Positions 20,451 to 32,709 of a stretch of 64,000 bases of DNA are shown in pieces. This stretch comes from Longimicrobiales bacterium (GTDB taxonomy: Bacteria; Gemmatimonadota; Gemmatimonadetes; Longimicrobiales; Gaopeijiaceae): the NCBI GenBank assembly GCA_965248195.1, contig CBDFIQ010000002.1, forward strand, positions 832,001 through 896,000, in the 5' to 3' direction. Position 1 is the stretch's first letter. Each line of letters begins with the position of its first letter. Made by a program: the position numbers and the translations under genes. The notes beneath the pieces are model-generated. The model was given only the letters and a program-made list of their open reading frames with translations. It was not told the DNA's origin and searched no databases.

Positions 20451-20656
20451 CCGGCCCGTCCCTGTGACTCTCACTCTCGGTTTGTCCGAGAGATCTCGTA
20501 TCGGACTCGCTGGATCGCGACGCCGCCGACAGGGGCTCACCCCGTGTGGGCCTGTGTTGGCGCCTTCGTATTTGACGGTGGTCCGTTCCCGTTGTCGTCC
20601 ACCACACGCTTGTTCGGCCTCCCCCTCGGGGCGTGGGCCGGAAAAGGGGAGCACCC

Positions 20657-23600
20657 TTGGATATTAGGAAAGATGCCCGTCCGGTAGTGAGCTTTGCCAA
20701 GCTCGAGTCGGTGATGCCGATGCCCAACCTTCTAGACGTCCAGCTCAGGTCTTTCGAGAAGCTCGTCGAGCAGGACGTCGACCCGAAGGAACAGTGGGAC
20801 TTTGGCCTGGATCGCGTTTTCGCGGAAATTTTTCCGATCTCCGACGTCAACGAGAACTTCACCCTGGAATACGTAGCGGCCGCCCTAGGGGAGCCGAAGT
20901 ACTCGGTCGAGGAGTGCATCGAACGTGACATGACCTATGCGGCGCCCCTGAAGGCGACTTTACGGTTGGTCGTGTGGGAGCGCCCCGAAGAGGAGGGCGA
21001 GGGGGAGAAGCGTCCGGGAGATATCATCGAGAAAGAGGTCTACCTCGGTGATCTGCCGCTTCTCACCGAGTTGGGCACGTTCATCATCAACGGTGCCGAG
21101 CGCGTCGTGGTGAGTCAATTGCATCGTTCTCCAGGCGTGGTTTTCGAGGAGAACATCCACCCGAACGGCTCCAAGCTTCACAGTGCCCGGATCATTCCCT
21201 TCAGGGGGTCGTGGGTCGAGTTCAGCATCGACATCAACAACATCTGCTACGTCCATATCGACAAGAAGAAGAAGTTCCCGGCAACGGCCCTCCTGAGGGC
21301 CTTCGGTTCCGGAACGGATGCGGACATCTATCAGCTCTTCTTCACGACGAAGACGGTCGATCCGATGGTCGCCGATAAGCAGGGCAACAAGGAGATCCTC
21401 GGAAACGTTCTGGCGGAAGAGATCGTGGACCGCGCGACGGGCGAGGTGTTGGTCGAGGAATCCACGGAGGTCGATGAGGACGTAGCCGAGCTCCTGGAAC
21501 GGGCTGGCCGGAAGAAGGTCAAGGTCTACACCAGCGGGCAGGAGACGGGACGAGACAGTCCGATCATCAAGAACACCTTGCGGAAGGATCCCACCGAAAG
21601 TGAAGAAGACGCGCTCTCCGCCATCTACTCGCTGCTGAGGCCAGGTGACGCGCCCAACATGGAGACCGCGAGGGCCGCGATCGAGCACGTGTTCTTCAAT
21701 CCGAAACGGTACGATCTCGGCCGCGTAGGCCGCTACAAGATCAACAAACGGCTGGGTTTGAAGGTTCCGGCGCATCAGGCGGTTCTTACCAAGGAAGACT
21801 TCATCGAGATCCTCCGCTACCTCATCGAGTTGAGCGAGGGGCGTGGCTCTACGGACGACATCGATCACCTCGGAAACCGCCGTGTCCGCACAGTGGGCGA
21901 ACTCATCGCCAACCAGTTCTCGGTCGGGTTGTCCCGGATGGCCCGTTTGGTCAAGGAGCGCATGTCCATCAACACGGACCCCGAGAGGATCAATATCGAC
22001 GACCTTGTGAACGCCCGCACGGTGTCCGCCGTCATCCAGGCTTTCTTTGGCTCGTCCCAGCTCAGCCAGTTCATGGACCAGACGAACCCGCTGGCCGAGA
22101 TGACGCACAAGCGACGTCTTTCCGCCCTGGGTCCCGGTGGGCTGACACGGGAACGTGCCGGGTTCGAGGTGAGGGACGTACACTACTCCCACTACGGGCG
22201 GATGTGTCCGATCGAGACGCCGGAGGGCCCGAACATCGGCCTCATCACGTCCCTCACGACGTACAGCCGAATCAACGAGCTCGGTTTCGTCGAGACGCCT
22301 TACCGGCGGGTGGTCAACAAGAAAGTCACGAGCAAGATCGATTGGCTTTCGGCTAACGAAGAGGAGGAGGTCCGGATCGCTCAGGCCAATGCTCCTTTGG
22401 ATGCCAAGGGGAACTTCGTCAACGAGCTCGTTTTGTGTCGGGAGCGGGGTGATTTCCCGCAGCTCAAGCCGGACGTCATCGACTACATGGACGTGGCGCC
22501 GGACCAGCTCGTATCGGTGGCTGCGGCGTTGATCCCATTTCTCGAACATGATGACGCCAACCGCGCGCTCATGGGCTCGAACATGCAGCGGCAGGCGGTA
22601 CCACTCCTGTTCCCCGATGCCCCGCTGGTGGGGACCGGCCTCGAGTTCAAGGTCGCCCGGGACTCGGGTGCCATCATCACGGCGCGCCGGGGTGGAAAGA
22701 TCGTCCGAGTGACGGCCGATGAGGTCGTCGTCGATACCGGACTGGTTACGGCCGGCGGGACCGAGCAACCCCTCGCGAAATTGGCTCAGTACGATCGTTA
22801 TCGGCTGAAGAAGTTCTGGCGGACCAATCAGGACACGGCGATCAACCAGAGGCCTTTGGTGTCCGACGGCCAGGAGATCAATCCGGGCGACATCATCGCG
22901 GATGGGCCTTCCACGGACAACGGTGAGCTCGCCCTTGGCCGAAACGTGCTTGTCGCGTTCATGCCGTGGTACGGCTACAACTACGAAGACGCGATCGTCA
23001 TCAGCGAAAAACTCGTGAAAGAGGACGTGTTCGCCTCCATCCATATTCAGGAGCTCGAGCTTCACGTGCGGGACACCAAGCGTGGTATGGAAGAGATCAC
23101 GCGTGAGATCCCGAACGTGGCGGAGGAGAGCCTGGTCGACCTGGACGAGCGTGGGATTGTGCGGGAGGGTGCTCGCCTTACGAGCGGTGACATCCTGGTC
23201 GGTAAGATCACGCCAAAAGGCGAGACCGAACTCTCCCCCGAGGAGAAGCTGCTCACGGCCATCTTCGGCGAGAAAGCCAAGGACGTGAAGGATTCCTCGT
23301 TGCGGGTCCCCCCCGGAATGAGCGGCACCGTCATCGACGTGAAGATCTTCTCGCGCCGCATCGACGATCCCCTTCTCGAGAAGGAGCACGGCGCACGCAT
23401 CGGAGAGCTCCGGAAACTGGAGCGCGACGAGATCCACCGTGTCACGGCGGCCAGGGACGAGGAGCTACGGGGAACTTTGCATCTCAATACGGTGGCGTTG
23501 GCCCTCAAGAAAGGGACGGTGGATCCCTTCCTCGATGAAGGCACGAAGCTCACTCAGGATTCGCTCGCCGATCTGGATTTCTCACAGCTCGATCTCGACA

Positions 23601-24862
23601 CGCTGAAGGTGAAGAGCAAGGACGCGAGCGTGAAAATCCGCAGGTTGGTGGATGAGGCCCAGCGGCGCATCGAACGCGTAAAGCGGAAGACCGAAGACCA
23701 GATCGACAAGGTGTTCCAGCCCGACGAGCTTCCCCCCGGTGTGGTCCAGCTTGCGAAAGTCTACATCGCCGAGAAACGGAAGATCTCCGTGGGCGACAAG
23801 ATGGCCGGCCGGCACGGGAACAAGGGAATCATCGCTCGGATCGCGCCCGAGGAGGACATGCCGTTCCTCCCGGATGGAACCCCCGTCGAAATCGTACTGA
23901 ATCCGCTGGGCGTGCCCTCTCGAATGAATGTGGGACAGGTTCTCGAGACCCATCTCGGGTGGGCGGGACGAGTACTGGGCTTCGAAGCGAAGACCCCGGT
24001 GTTCCACGGCGGCTCCGAAAACGAGGTCGGTCTTCTTCTCAAGCTGGCTGGCCTTCGTTGGGCGCATCAGTGCCTCGACATCAAAGCCGAGATGCCCCCA
24101 CTCGATGCGGATTCGACGACCCTGCTGATCGACCTGGCGCACGATCTGCCGCAGCGAGAGGTAAGGCCTGCTGGGAACGGAAGAGGGAACGGCAGTGACC
24201 CGCGGAGGGTGGGGATCGGACGTACGGTCGACGCCTACCTGGGGCTCGAGCTCTCGAAAGCCCAGGCGGCCTTTTTCGACAGCTTGAAGAATTATCTGGT
24301 CGAGGCGGGGAAGGAACTGGCCAAACGGCGGGAGATCCCCTTCGCCGAGGCTTTCCCTGCCATCGCTCATCTCTCGCGGAAGAGGAAGCTGCACGAGGGC
24401 TTGGACGCTGCTTCGCTGGAGATCATGGACGCAGCGAGAATCCTACCCAACGGCAAGGTCATGCTCCGTGACGGACGCAGTGGCCGTCAGTTCGACTTCC
24501 CCGTCACGGTGGGCGTCATCTATATGCTGAAGCTCAGTCATCTGGTGGACGACAAGATCCACGCTCGGAGCATCGGCCCCTACTCCCTGGTGACGCAGCA
24601 GCCCCTTGCCGGGAAGGCACAGTTCGGCGGTCAGCGCTTCGGGGAGATGGAGGTGTGGGCGCTGGAGGCGTACGGGGCCGCGCACACGCTACAGGAGATT
24701 CTCACGGTGAAGTCGGACGACGTCGTAGGCCGCTCGAAGGTATACGAGGCCATCGTGAAGGGAGACAACCTACCGCAACCCGGAATACCGGAGTCATTCA
24801 ACGTGCTTGTTAAAGAGCTTCAGGCGCTCGGCTTGAGCGTCACGCTCGGGCGGGAGGAATAG
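20657..24862 (+). CDS. rpoB: RNA polymerase beta subunit
   Basis: [29 protein letters not shown]; start TTG 20657 (RBS GGGGAG) or GTG 20633. Confidence 0.99.
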   Translation: MDIRKDARPVVSFAKLESVMPMPNLLDVQLRSFEKLVEQDVDPKEQWDFGLDRVFAEIFPISDVNENFTLEYVAAALGEPKYSVEECIERDMTYAAPLKATLRLVVWERPEEEGEGEKRPGDIIEKEVYLGDLPLLTELGTFIINGAERVVVSQLHRSPGVVFEENIHPNGSKLHSARIIPFRGSWVEFSIDINNICYVHIDKKKKFPATALLRAFGSGTDADIYQLFFTTKTVDPMVADKQGNKEILGNVLAEEIVDRATGEVLVEESTEVDEDVAELLERAGRKKVKVYTSGQETGRDSPIIKNTLRKDPTESEEDALSAIYSLLRPGDAPNMETARAAIEHVFFNPKRYDLGRVGRYKINKRLGLKVPAHQAVLTKEDFIEILRYLIELSEGRGSTDDIDHLGNRRVRTVGELIANQFSVGLSRMARLVKERMSINTDPERINIDDLVNARTVSAVIQAFFGSSQLSQFMDQTNPLAEMTHKRRLSALGPGGLTRERAGFEVRDVHYSHYGRMCPIETPEGPNIGLITSLTTYSRINELGFVETPYRRVVNKKVTSKIDWLSANEEEEVRIAQANAPLDAKGNFVNELVLCRERGDFPQLKPDVIDYMDVAPDQLVSVAAALIPFLEHDDANRALMGSNMQRQAVPLLFPDAPLVGTGLEFKVARDSGAIITARRGGKIVRVTADEVVVDTGLVTAGGTEQPLAKLAQYDRYRLKKFWRTNQDTAINQRPLVSDGQEINPGDIIADGPSTDNGELALGRNVLVAFMPWYGYNYEDAIVISEKLVKEDVFASIHIQELELHVRDTKRGMEEITREIPNVAEESLVDLDERGIVREGARLTSGDILVGKITPKGETELSPEEKLLTAIFGEKAKDVKDSSLRVPPGMSGTVIDVKIFSRRIDDPLLEKEHGARIGELRKLERDEIHRVTAARDEELRGTLHLNTVALALKKGTVDPFLDEGTKLTQDSLADLDFSQLDLDTLKVKSKDASVKIRRLVDEAQRRIERVKRKTEDQIDKVFQPDELPPGVVQLAKVYIAEKRKISVGDKMAGRHGNKGIIARIAPEEDMPFLPDGTPVEIVLNPLGVPSRMNVGQVLETHLGWAGRVLGFEAKTPVFHGGSENEVGLLLKLAGLRWAHQCLDIKAEMPPLDADSTTLLIDLAHDLPQREVRPAGNGRGNGSDPRRVGIGRTVDAYLGLELSKAQAAFFDSLKNYLVEAGKELAKRREIPFAEAFPAIAHLSRKRKLHEGLDAASLEIMDAARILPNGKVMLRDGRSGRQFDFPVTVGVIYMLKLSHLVDDKIHARSIGPYSLVTQQPLAGKAQFGGQRFGEMEVWALEAYGAAHTLQEILTVKSDDVVGRSKVYEAIVKGDNLPQPGIPESFNVLVKELQALGLSVTLGREE

Positions 24863-24866
24863 ATCC

Positions 24867-27800
24867 ATGATTGATTTCCCGAGAACGAGAGAGCAAAGCC
24901 CCGCGGACTTCGATTTCATTCAGATCAAGATCGCCTCCCCGGAAGAGATCCGCTCGTGGTCCTTCGGCGAGGTGACGAAGCCCGAAACGATCAACTACCG
25001 CTCCTTCAAACCCGAGCGGGACGGGCTGTTCTGCGAGCGTATCTTCGGTCCGGTCAAGGATTGGGAGTGCCACTGCGGAAAGTTCAAGCGGATTCGGTTC
25101 CGCGGGCATGTCTGTGACCGCTGCGGCGTCGAGGTCACCCTGTCCAAGGTTCGCCGGGAGCGAATGGGCCACATCGAGCTGGCCGTGCCCGTCTGCCATA
25201 TCTGGTTCTTCAAGACGCTCCCCAGCCAGTTGGGATACCTGGTGGGTATGACGCTCCGGGATCTGGAGAAGGTCATCTATTATGCGTCCTACGTGGTGAC
25301 GCATCCGGGTAAGCAGGACCTGGAGTTCCTCGATCTGCTCGATGAGGATGAGTACTACGATCTCCGCGTGAAATCGCGCGAGGAGGGCGACGAGAGGTTC
25401 AAGGCCGAAATCGGCGCGGAAGCGGTTCGCACGCTCCTCAAAATGCTCGACAGCCCGGAGAGGCGGATCAACGACCGCAACTCGGATGGCAAAGGACTCG
25501 GCCGGCTGGCCAAGTGGTTGAGGATCGAGATCGCGACGGAGACCTCGCAGCACCGCAAGAAGAAGAAGCTCAAGAGACTGAAAGTCGTCGACGCGCTCCG
25601 GAACTCAGGCGGCACAAAGGATGAACGGAATAGTCCCGAGTGGATGATCATGGACGTGGTTCCCGTGATTCCGCCGGACCTCCGGCCTCTCGTGCCCCTC
25701 GATGGAGGTCGGTTCGCTACTTCCGACTTGAATGATCTCTACCGAAGGGTGATCAACCGGAACAACCGCCTCAAGAAGCTCATCGACATGCGCGCGCCGG
25801 AGGTCATCCTTCGGAACGAGAAGCGGATGCTCCAGGAGGCCGTAGACGCGTTGTTCGATAATGGGCGGCGGTCGAAGGCCATCCGCGGTCGTGGTAAGCG
25901 CCCACTCAAGTCGTTGTCCGACATGCTCAAAGGGAAGCAGGGGCGCTTTCGCCAGAATCTGCTCGGGAAGCGCGTCGACTACTCCGGCCGCTCAGTCATC
26001 GTGGTGGGTCCCGAGCTCAAGCTACACCAGTGTGGCCTTCCCAAGGCGATGGCCGTGGAGCTCTTCAAGCCCTTCATCATCCATGAGCTGGAGAAGCGGG
26101 GAGAGGCTGAGACCGTCAAGCGGGCGAAGAAGATCGTCGAACGGGACGATCCGAAGGTCTATGAGGTCCTCGAGGACATCATCAAGGATCACCCGGTTCT
26201 ACTGAACCGGGCACCCACGCTCCATCGTTTGGGAATTCAGGCCTTTGAGCCTGTCCTGGTGGAAGGGAAGGCGATCCGCATTCACCCGCTCGTTTGTGCG
26301 GCCTTCAACGCCGACTTCGACGGAGACCAGATGGCGGTCCACGTGCCGCTTTCGTTCGAGGCGCAGTTGGAGGCGCGGGTGCTGATGCTCTCGAGCAACA
26401 ATATTCTTCTCCCCTCCAACGGGCGGCCCGTCGCGGCTCCGTCGCAGGACATGGTGGTCGGTGGGTACTACCTGACCAAGCCTTCCCTGGAGATCTCCGA
26501 TCTCGAGGACGTGGCGTACAACAGCAAGGCGCCCAAGAACGAACGAGCCAGCGCTGAGGAGGCCTTGAACAAGGTTTACGACGGAGCGCCCCGCTTCTCG
26601 GCTTTCGGAGAGGTGGAGATGGGCATGGAAGACGGGCGCCTGGCTTTCGGAAGCCCGTGTTGGTACTGGGTTTCCGAGCACTCCGACGAGGACGGGGAGG
26701 TCGCTGGCAAGTGGCTGCGCAGTACCGCGGGTCGCGTGCTCTTCAACTCCATCATTCCCGAGGAGTTGGGGTTCCTCAATCGAACCTTCGGAAAGAAGGA
26801 GTTGGGCGACCTCATCTTCGATTGCTTCACGACGGTCGGGCTGTCCAGAACGACCGAATTCCTCGACCACCTCAAGGACTTCGGTTTCCGCTACGCGACG
26901 ATCGGCGGGGTCAGCGTGGGCATCGCGGACCTGGAGGTGCCGGGAGAGAAGTTGGAGATCATCCACGAAGCCAGCGAGCAGGTCACGCGGTTCCAAAAGG
27001 CCTACGCCAGCGGGTACATCTCCAACGGGGAGCGCTACAACAAGGTCATCGACACGTGGACCCACGCGAATAACGATGTGGCGGATGCGATGGTCAACCG
27101 TCTGGCCCGTTCTCAAGAAGGGTTCAACCCCGTCTACATGATGATGACGTCGGGTGCCCGAGGAAATCGCGACCAGATGCGGCAGCTCGCGGGAATGCGC
27201 GGATTGATGGCGAAGCCGCAAAAGAAGCTGACCGGGGGCATTGGAGAGATCATCGAGAGCCCGATCAAGTCGAATTTCCGTGAGGGCCTCAGTGTGGTCG
27301 AGTACTTCATCTCGACGCATGGGGCAAGAAAGGGTCTCGCCGACACGGCTCTCAAGACCGCCGACGCGGGCTACCTCACGCGGCGGTTGGTTGACGTGGC
27401 TCAGGACGTCACGATTATGGAGGACGACTGCGGGACCATCCTCGGTCTCGAGATGGTGGCGCTCAAAGAGGGCGAGGACATCATCGAGCCGCTTCCCGAC
27501 AGAATCGTGGGTAACGTTGCGCTCGAAGACGTCTACGATCCGATCGATGGGGAGCTACTGGTCGCGGCGGGGCAGCTCATCGAGGAAGACGCGGCCGAGG
27601 CGATCGAGGCCGCGGGCCTCCAAGTCGTCAAGATGCGGTCCGTCCTCACATGTGAGTCGAAGCGAGGACTTTGCCGGATGTGCTACGGTCGTAATCTGGC
27701 GACGATGCAGGTGGTCGATATCGGGGAGGCCGTGGGCATTCTGGCCGCTCAATCCATCGGTGAACCGGGTACGCAGCTGACGCTTCGGACCTTCCACATC

Positions 27801-29165
27801 GGAGGCACCGCAGCACGAATCGCGGCCCAGACGCAGCGCCGGTCGAAGATCGACGGCGTGGTGAGTCTGGACAGGGTGACCACGGTCAAGACGCCCGCCG
27901 ATGATCAGGTCGTTACGTCTCGCGAGGGCCAGATCGTTCTCAAGACGGCGGAAGGCTTGGTGCGTAGTCGCCTCAGTGTGCCGTATGGCGCCACTCTGGT
28001 GGTCGCAGAAGGGCAAACCATCGACCCCGGTGATGAGTTGTTCCATTGGGACCCCTACTCGGAGCCGATCGTGGCGGACGCAGGCGGCGTCCTGAAATTC
28101 GTCGATATCCTCGACGATCAGACGATGCGTGAGGAGTTGGACGAGTCTACGGGCCGTCGCCAGATGACGATCATTGAAGATTGGGACAAGAAGCTCCATC
28201 CGACGATTCAGATTCGGAAGAAGACCAAGAAGGCAGAGAAGCTTCGCGAGTTCATCATACCTGTGGGAGCCCAGCTCACCATTCACGACGGTGACGAGGT
28301 CGCCCCTGGTGACACGATCGCCAAGATCAGCCGGGAGGTTTACAAGACCCGGGACATCACGGGTGGGTTGCCTCGCGTGGCCGAGCTGTTCGAGGCTCGC
28401 CGGCCGAAGGATCCCGCGGTCATCACGGAGATCGACGGTGAAGTCAGCTTCGGCGACATCAAGCGGGGCAAGCGCGAGGTTCTGGTTACGCCTGACACGG
28501 GCGAGGAGGACGAGCGCGCCTACCCGGTGCCGGTCGTCAAACACATGCGGGTGCACGAAGGTGACCGCGTGCGTGCGGGTGATCGACTCTCGGAGGGACC
28601 GATCAATCCGCACGACATTCTGAAGATTCGGGGCCCGAGAGCCGTCCAGGAATATCTCCTCAACGAGATTCAGGAGGTTTATCGACTCCAAGGTGTGAAG
28701 ATCAACGACAAGCACATCGGCGTGATCGTGCGCCAGATGCTTCAGAAGGTGCGGATCACGGATCCTGGAGAGACGGTCCTTCTGGAGGGGGAAAACGTCG
28801 ACCGCGTGGAATTCCGAGAACTCAACCATAGAGCGATCCAGGGTACGCTGAAACCAGCCCGCTCCGAGCCGCTCCTCCTTGGAATCACGAAGGCCAGCCT
28901 GACGACCGAGTCGTTCATCTCGGCTGCGTCCTTCCAGGAGACCACGAGGGTGCTTACGGACGCGGCGGTGCGCGGGGCCAGGGACGACCTGAAGGGGCTC
29001 AAGGAGAACATCATCATCGGGCACCTGATTCCGGCTGGAACCGGAGTACACCGGTATCAGGGTGTGGAGTTCATGGTGGAGAAGTCGTTCTACGAAGAGG
29101 AGATCCTTCCGCTGGCCGACCCCGAAGAGCTGGTTGCGGGGCTGGAGGAAGCTGCTGCGGACTGA
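24867..29165 (+). CDS. rpoC: RNA polymerase beta' subunit
   Basis: NADFDGD catalytic motif, zinc finger. Confidence 0.99.
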   Translation: MIDFPRTREQSPADFDFIQIKIASPEEIRSWSFGEVTKPETINYRSFKPERDGLFCERIFGPVKDWECHCGKFKRIRFRGHVCDRCGVEVTLSKVRRERMGHIELAVPVCHIWFFKTLPSQLGYLVGMTLRDLEKVIYYASYVVTHPGKQDLEFLDLLDEDEYYDLRVKSREEGDERFKAEIGAEAVRTLLKMLDSPERRINDRNSDGKGLGRLAKWLRIEIATETSQHRKKKKLKRLKVVDALRNSGGTKDERNSPEWMIMDVVPVIPPDLRPLVPLDGGRFATSDLNDLYRRVINRNNRLKKLIDMRAPEVILRNEKRMLQEAVDALFDNGRRSKAIRGRGKRPLKSLSDMLKGKQGRFRQNLLGKRVDYSGRSVIVVGPELKLHQCGLPKAMAVELFKPFIIHELEKRGEAETVKRAKKIVERDDPKVYEVLEDIIKDHPVLLNRAPTLHRLGIQAFEPVLVEGKAIRIHPLVCAAFNADFDGDQMAVHVPLSFEAQLEARVLMLSSNNILLPSNGRPVAAPSQDMVVGGYYLTKPSLEISDLEDVAYNSKAPKNERASAEEALNKVYDGAPRFSAFGEVEMGMEDGRLAFGSPCWYWVSEHSDEDGEVAGKWLRSTAGRVLFNSIIPEELGFLNRTFGKKELGDLIFDCFTTVGLSRTTEFLDHLKDFGFRYATIGGVSVGIADLEVPGEKLEIIHEASEQVTRFQKAYASGYISNGERYNKVIDTWTHANNDVADAMVNRLARSQEGFNPVYMMMTSGARGNRDQMRQLAGMRGLMAKPQKKLTGGIGEIIESPIKSNFREGLSVVEYFISTHGARKGLADTALKTADAGYLTRRLVDVAQDVTIMEDDCGTILGLEMVALKEGEDIIEPLPDRIVGNVALEDVYDPIDGELLVAAGQLIEEDAAEAIEAAGLQVVKMRSVLTCESKRGLCRMCYGRNLATMQVVDIGEAVGILAAQSIGEPGTQLTLRTFHIGGTAARIAAQTQRRSKIDGVVSLDRVTTVKTPADDQVVTSREGQIVLKTAEGLVRSRLSVPYGATLVVAEGQTIDPGDELFHWDPYSEPIVADAGGVLKFVDILDDQTMREELDESTGRRQMTIIEDWDKKLHPTIQIRKKTKKAEKLREFIIPVGAQLTIHDGDEVAPGDTIAKISREVYKTRDITGGLPRVAELFEARRPKDPAVITEIDGEVSFGDIKRGKREVLVTPDTGEEDERAYPVPVVKHMRVHEGDRVRAGDRLSEGPINPHDILKIRGPRAVQEYLLNEIQEVYRLQGVKINDKHIGVIVRQMLQKVRITDPGETVLLEGENVDRVEFRELNHRAIQGTLKPARSEPLLLGITKASLTTESFISAASFQETTRVLTDAAVRGARDDLKGLKENIIIGHLIPAGTGVHRYQGVEFMVEKSFYEEEILPLADPEELVAGLEEAAAD

Positions 29166-29179
29166 GTGGTGGTGAGCGG

Positions 29180-29425
29180 CGTCACGGTCCCTCCGCGCCG
29201 GCGCTCCGCTTTGCGTTCGCTCCACGGCTGCGCCGCGTACCGCGGCTTGCCGCGGATCGTCGCTGCGGGACCGTGACGACGCTCGCCTCAATCATGTTGG
29301 GGGGGAGGGCCTTGGCGCGAGGCTACCGCGAGGCTACTTGGGGGGGCGCGTAGCGGATCGGCGCTGCGCTCCTTGGCTTCGCCGTGGAGCGTCGCTGCGG
29401 GTGGGTGACGGGGCGCACCTCAATC
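29180..29425. repeat. cluster of REP-like hairpin repeats
   Basis: ~50-nt degenerate direct copies at 29244-29293 and 29375-29425; inverted partial copy at 29180-29191; third copy at 32403-32438. Confidence 0.6.
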
Positions 29426-30175
29426 GTTGCGGTAAGGATAGGCATTTCGGCCCGCTCACTGCACCACGCGTGTAGGGGTCAACCTGTCGGTTGTGGTGCC
29501 GTCGCCGAGCCAGCCGAAAGAGTTGAGTCCCCAGCAGTAGGCGTCGCCCGCGGCCGTGACACCGCACGTGTGGTCGTTCCCCGCGCTCACCGAGGCGAAA
29601 CTCAGTCCGCCGGAGACGAGCGTGGGGGTCGATCTCTTGATCGTGGTGCCATCGCCGAGCTGGCCGTCAGAGTTGTCTCCCCAGCAGTAGGCGTCGCCCG
29701 CGGCCGTGACCCCGCACGTGTATTGGTCCCCCGCGCTGAGCGAGGCGAAGCTGAGTCCGCCGGAGACCAGCGTTGGGGTCGGTCGGTTGGTCTCGGTGCC
29801 GTCGCCGAGCTGGCCGTCACCGTTCCATCCCCAGCAGTAGGCGTCGCCCGCGGCCGTGACCCCGCATATGTGGTCGCCCCCCCCGCCGAGCGAGGCGAAG
29901 CTGAGGCCGCTGGAGACGAGCGCGGGGATCAGTCTCTGGGTCGTGGTGCCGTCGCCGAGCTGGCCGAAACTGTTGTCTCCCCAGCAGTAGGTGTCGCCCG
30001 CGGCCGTGACCCCGCACGTGTGAAACTTCCCCAGGCCGAGCGACGCGAAGCTGAGGCCGCCGGAGACGAGCGTGGGGGTCAGTCTCTGGGTCGTAGTGCC
30101 GTCGCCGAGCTGGCCGGCAAGATTGTCTCCCCAGCAGTAGGTGTCGCCCGTGGTCGTGACCCCGCAGGCGCGCAC

Positions 30176-31551
30176 GGTCAAGTCCCGATTTGTGTGTAAA
30201 AGCGGAGGAAGCTCCTCGCCTTCGGCTAGGCTGCTTGGGCGACCTCCTGTTTCTGGAGGAGTGAGAGGTCGAGGTAACGCCGGTCGCCCCAGACGTGTGT
30301 GGTCCTGAGTGCGACGGCCGTGATGAGCCTGAGGGCGCTGGCCCGGTCCGGGAAGGCGCCGGCGGCCTTGATCCTGCGTTTGATCTCGCCGTGCAGCCGC
30401 TCGAGGCTGTTGGTGGTACGCAGCCGGGGCCAGTGCGCCTCGGGGAACGCGTAGAACTGCGTCGCTGCCCCGAAGCCCCGCTCCAGGACCTCCACGGCCT
30501 CGGGCAGCTCCTTCTTCCAGCGTGCGCCGAACTCGCCCAGGAGCTTCTTCGCCTCGGCGAGTCCGGATGTCTGGAAGATCACCGAGACCTCACGCGCCAC
30601 GCGCTTGCGTAGGCGGTGGGGGACCCTCGCCCCCACATTACGCTGCAGATGGACCGTACACCTCTGACGGCGTGCCTCGGGCAGGAAGCGGCGGACCGCA
30701 GCTGCCAGGCCTGCGTGCTCATCGGCGATCACGAGCTCGACACCGCCGAGGCCGCGGTCCTGGAGTTGCTCGAGGAGCTCCGACCAGCTCCGCTGCGACT
30801 CCTCAGCGCCCAGCGTGACGGCCAGGAGCCGTCGGTGACCCTCAGGGCCCACTGCATACGCCACGAGCGCACTCACGTTCTCGACTTTGCGGGCCCAGCG
30901 GGCGTCCAAGAACGTGGCGTCCAGGTACAGATAGGGGTGAGGCCCCTCGATCGGCGCACGGCGCAGCCCTTCCACGGCCTCGTCGAGCCGTTTTGCCACA
31001 CGACTCACCGTCGAGCGCCCAACACGCTCGCCCATCAGCGCCTCGGTGACGTCGCCCATCTTGCGCTGTGACACGCCGCTCACATACGCCTCGACCATCA
31101 TCTCGTCGAGCTCGGGGCTCCTGCGCTGGTAGCGGCCGATCACGTCGGCCGGCGAACCGTTGTCCCGGCTCCGGGGCATGGCGACCTCGATCTGCCCCAG
31201 GCTCGTCAGCAGCCGCCTCAGGTATGTGCCGTTCCTATGGTCCTTCCGGCTTCCCACCCGCTCGAAGCGGCGTGCACCTACCATGGCCTTCAGCTCCTCT
31301 TCCAGCACCATCTCGAGCGTCAGCCGGATCGCGCCTTGAAACAGCTCGCGCAAATCATCGCGTAGCTCGTCTTGCGTGGCCCGACCGATCTCCACAATCT
31401 CTTGCATCGGAAGCTCCTCTCCGGTTCCGAGCCTGCTCTGCAGACCCGGACTCCCGGGTTCATGTGACAGTGAACAACAACAGAGGAGCTTCCGTTTTTC
31501 TTTCCCTCCTGTCCAGCTTATCCGCTTTTACACAAATCTAGGGACACTACC
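30176..31551 (-). mobile_element. IS256-family insertion sequence, 1376 bp, copy 1
   Basis: imperfect IRs GGTCAAGTCCCGATTTGTGTGTAAAAGCGGA / TCCGCTTTTACACAAATCTAGGGACACTACC; 9-bp TSD GGCGCGCAC (30167-30175, 31552-31560). Confidence 0.95.
30226..31407 (-). CDS. IS256-family (Mutator-type) transposase
   Basis: RNGTYLR, YLYLDAT, VIADEHAGL, QRCTVH, RTTNSLERL. Confidence 0.95.
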   Translation of the reverse strand: MQEIVEIGRATQDELRDDLRELFQGAIRLTLEMVLEEELKAMVGARRFERVGSRKDHRNGTYLRRLLTSLGQIEVAMPRSRDNGSPADVIGRYQRRSPELDEMMVEAYVSGVSQRKMGDVTEALMGERVGRSTVSRVAKRLDEAVEGLRRAPIEGPHPYLYLDATFLDARWARKVENVSALVAYAVGPEGHRRLLAVTLGAEESQRSWSELLEQLQDRGLGGVELVIADEHAGLAAAVRRFLPEARRQRCTVHLQRNVGARVPHRLRKRVAREVSVIFQTSGLAEAKKLLGEFGARWKKELPEAVEVLERGFGAATQFYAFPEAHWPRLRTTNSLERLHGEIKRRIKAAGAFPDRASALRLITAVALRTTHVWGDRRYLDLSLLQKQEVAQAA

Positions 31552-32402
31552 GGCGCGCACCTGCCACACATTCACCGAGGCGAAGCCGAGCCCGCCGGAG
31601 ACGAGCGTGGGGATCAGTCTCTGGGTCGTGGTACCGTCGCCGAGCTGGCCGTCAAAGTTGGTTCCCCAGCAATAGGCGTCGCCCGCGGCCGTGAGCCCGC
31701 ACGCGTTGGAGTGACCCGCGCTCACCGAGGCGAAGCTGAGTCCACCGGACACGAGCCTTGGGGTGTGTCTCTGGATCGTGGTGCCGTCGCCGAGTCGGCC
31801 GCTATTGTTGTCCCCCCAGCAGTAGGCGTCGCCCGCCGCCGTGATACTGCACGTGTGGGTTATCCCCGCGCTCACCGAGGCGAACGTCAAGACGATGTCA
31901 AATCCGGAACTGGTGGCGGCGGTGAGGGCGCCCGACGTGGCTTGGAGCGTATAGCTGCTGCCGGGCGCATCGATGCTCAGGTCGGAAAACGTGGCGATCC
32001 CGGCCACTGCGGCCACGGTCGTGGTTCCCGAAAGTGCGCCCCCGCCCGGGTTCGTTTCGATCGCCATCGTCACGGCATCGGTCGCCGTCGTCACCGTGTT
32101 GCCTGAGGCGTCTTGGATCGCCACTTCGACCGCCGGTGTGATGGGCTGGTTGCCCTCCGTCTCGGTGGGCTGAACCGTAAGGGCGAGCCTCGCAGGGTCG
32201 AGGGTCGGCCCCGTGCCACCAGTCGGCCCCGTGCCGCCGGTCGGTCCCGTGCCGCCGTCATCGCCACCACAAGCCATGAGGGCAGCAACAGAGACGATCC
32301 ACGGCGTCCGCCATAGGATCCGCATACCACCTGACCTCCTCGGGTAGGGTATGCGCAAGAGAGTAGTCCAGTGTTGGCCCCTCGGGCAAGCTACTTGCGC
32401 TC

Positions 32403-32438
32403 GGCTTCGCCGTGGATCGTCGCCGCGGGACGGTGACG
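32403..32438. repeat. REP-like hairpin repeat, third copy
   Basis: GGCTTCGCCGTGGATCGTCGCCGCGGGACGGTGACG; stem ATCGTCGCCG/CGGTGACGAT. Confidence 0.55.
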
Positions 32439-32709
32439 ATAGCTGCCGGGCTGCCCCGGACGTAAATCTCCCTGTTTTTGCCTCGTGGTCGTACATTTGT
32501 GCATGCACCGTAACGAGCACGATTCCTCCTCAGGCAGCCCTATGAGCGACAAATTTCCGATGAAACAGCACAGAGGATCTCGACCGCAGATGTGCGACGT
32601 CGACGAGATGGTGTTGGTGCCGGGGTCCACCTGACAGGAGAAAATCGACCGCCTCGGGTGGGCGGCAGGGATCGCGTTCGTCTCTTACGGCTTACGCATT
32701 GGGATCCGG

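Larger units (their letters stand above)
29456..32325 (-). pseudogene. lipoprotein with Ig-like domain and 7 RCC1/BLIP-II repeats, interrupted by IS256
   Basis: AGGAGG RBS, ATG 32325, lipobox LMAC; removing the IS and one TSD rejoins ...VWQVRA|CGVTTT... in frame giving 494 aa; repeats CGVTAAGDAYCWGxNxxGQLGDG. Confidence 0.9.

Noticed and set aside
20960..29291. Long minus-strand ORFs (825, 373, 578 aa) opposite rpoB/rpoC, and similar ones opposite tuf, fusA, adk/map and rpoA
   Set aside because: Antisense shadows of codon-biased GC-rich genes; no RBS or recognisable motifs.
29456..31900. Diversity-generating retroelement acting on the RCC1 repeats
   Set aside because: No reverse transcriptase or non-coding template repeat in the window; all repeats are in-frame blades.
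29180..32440. Integron attC sites flanking a gene cassette
   Set aside because: No RYYYAAC/GTTRRRY boxes and no integron integrase; better described as REP-like.
32632..32670. Selenocysteine codon in the kinase
   Set aside because: A downstream hairpin exists, but such hairpins are common in GC-rich DNA and the site is not in a redox or Cys-type motif; kept only as a minor alternative.
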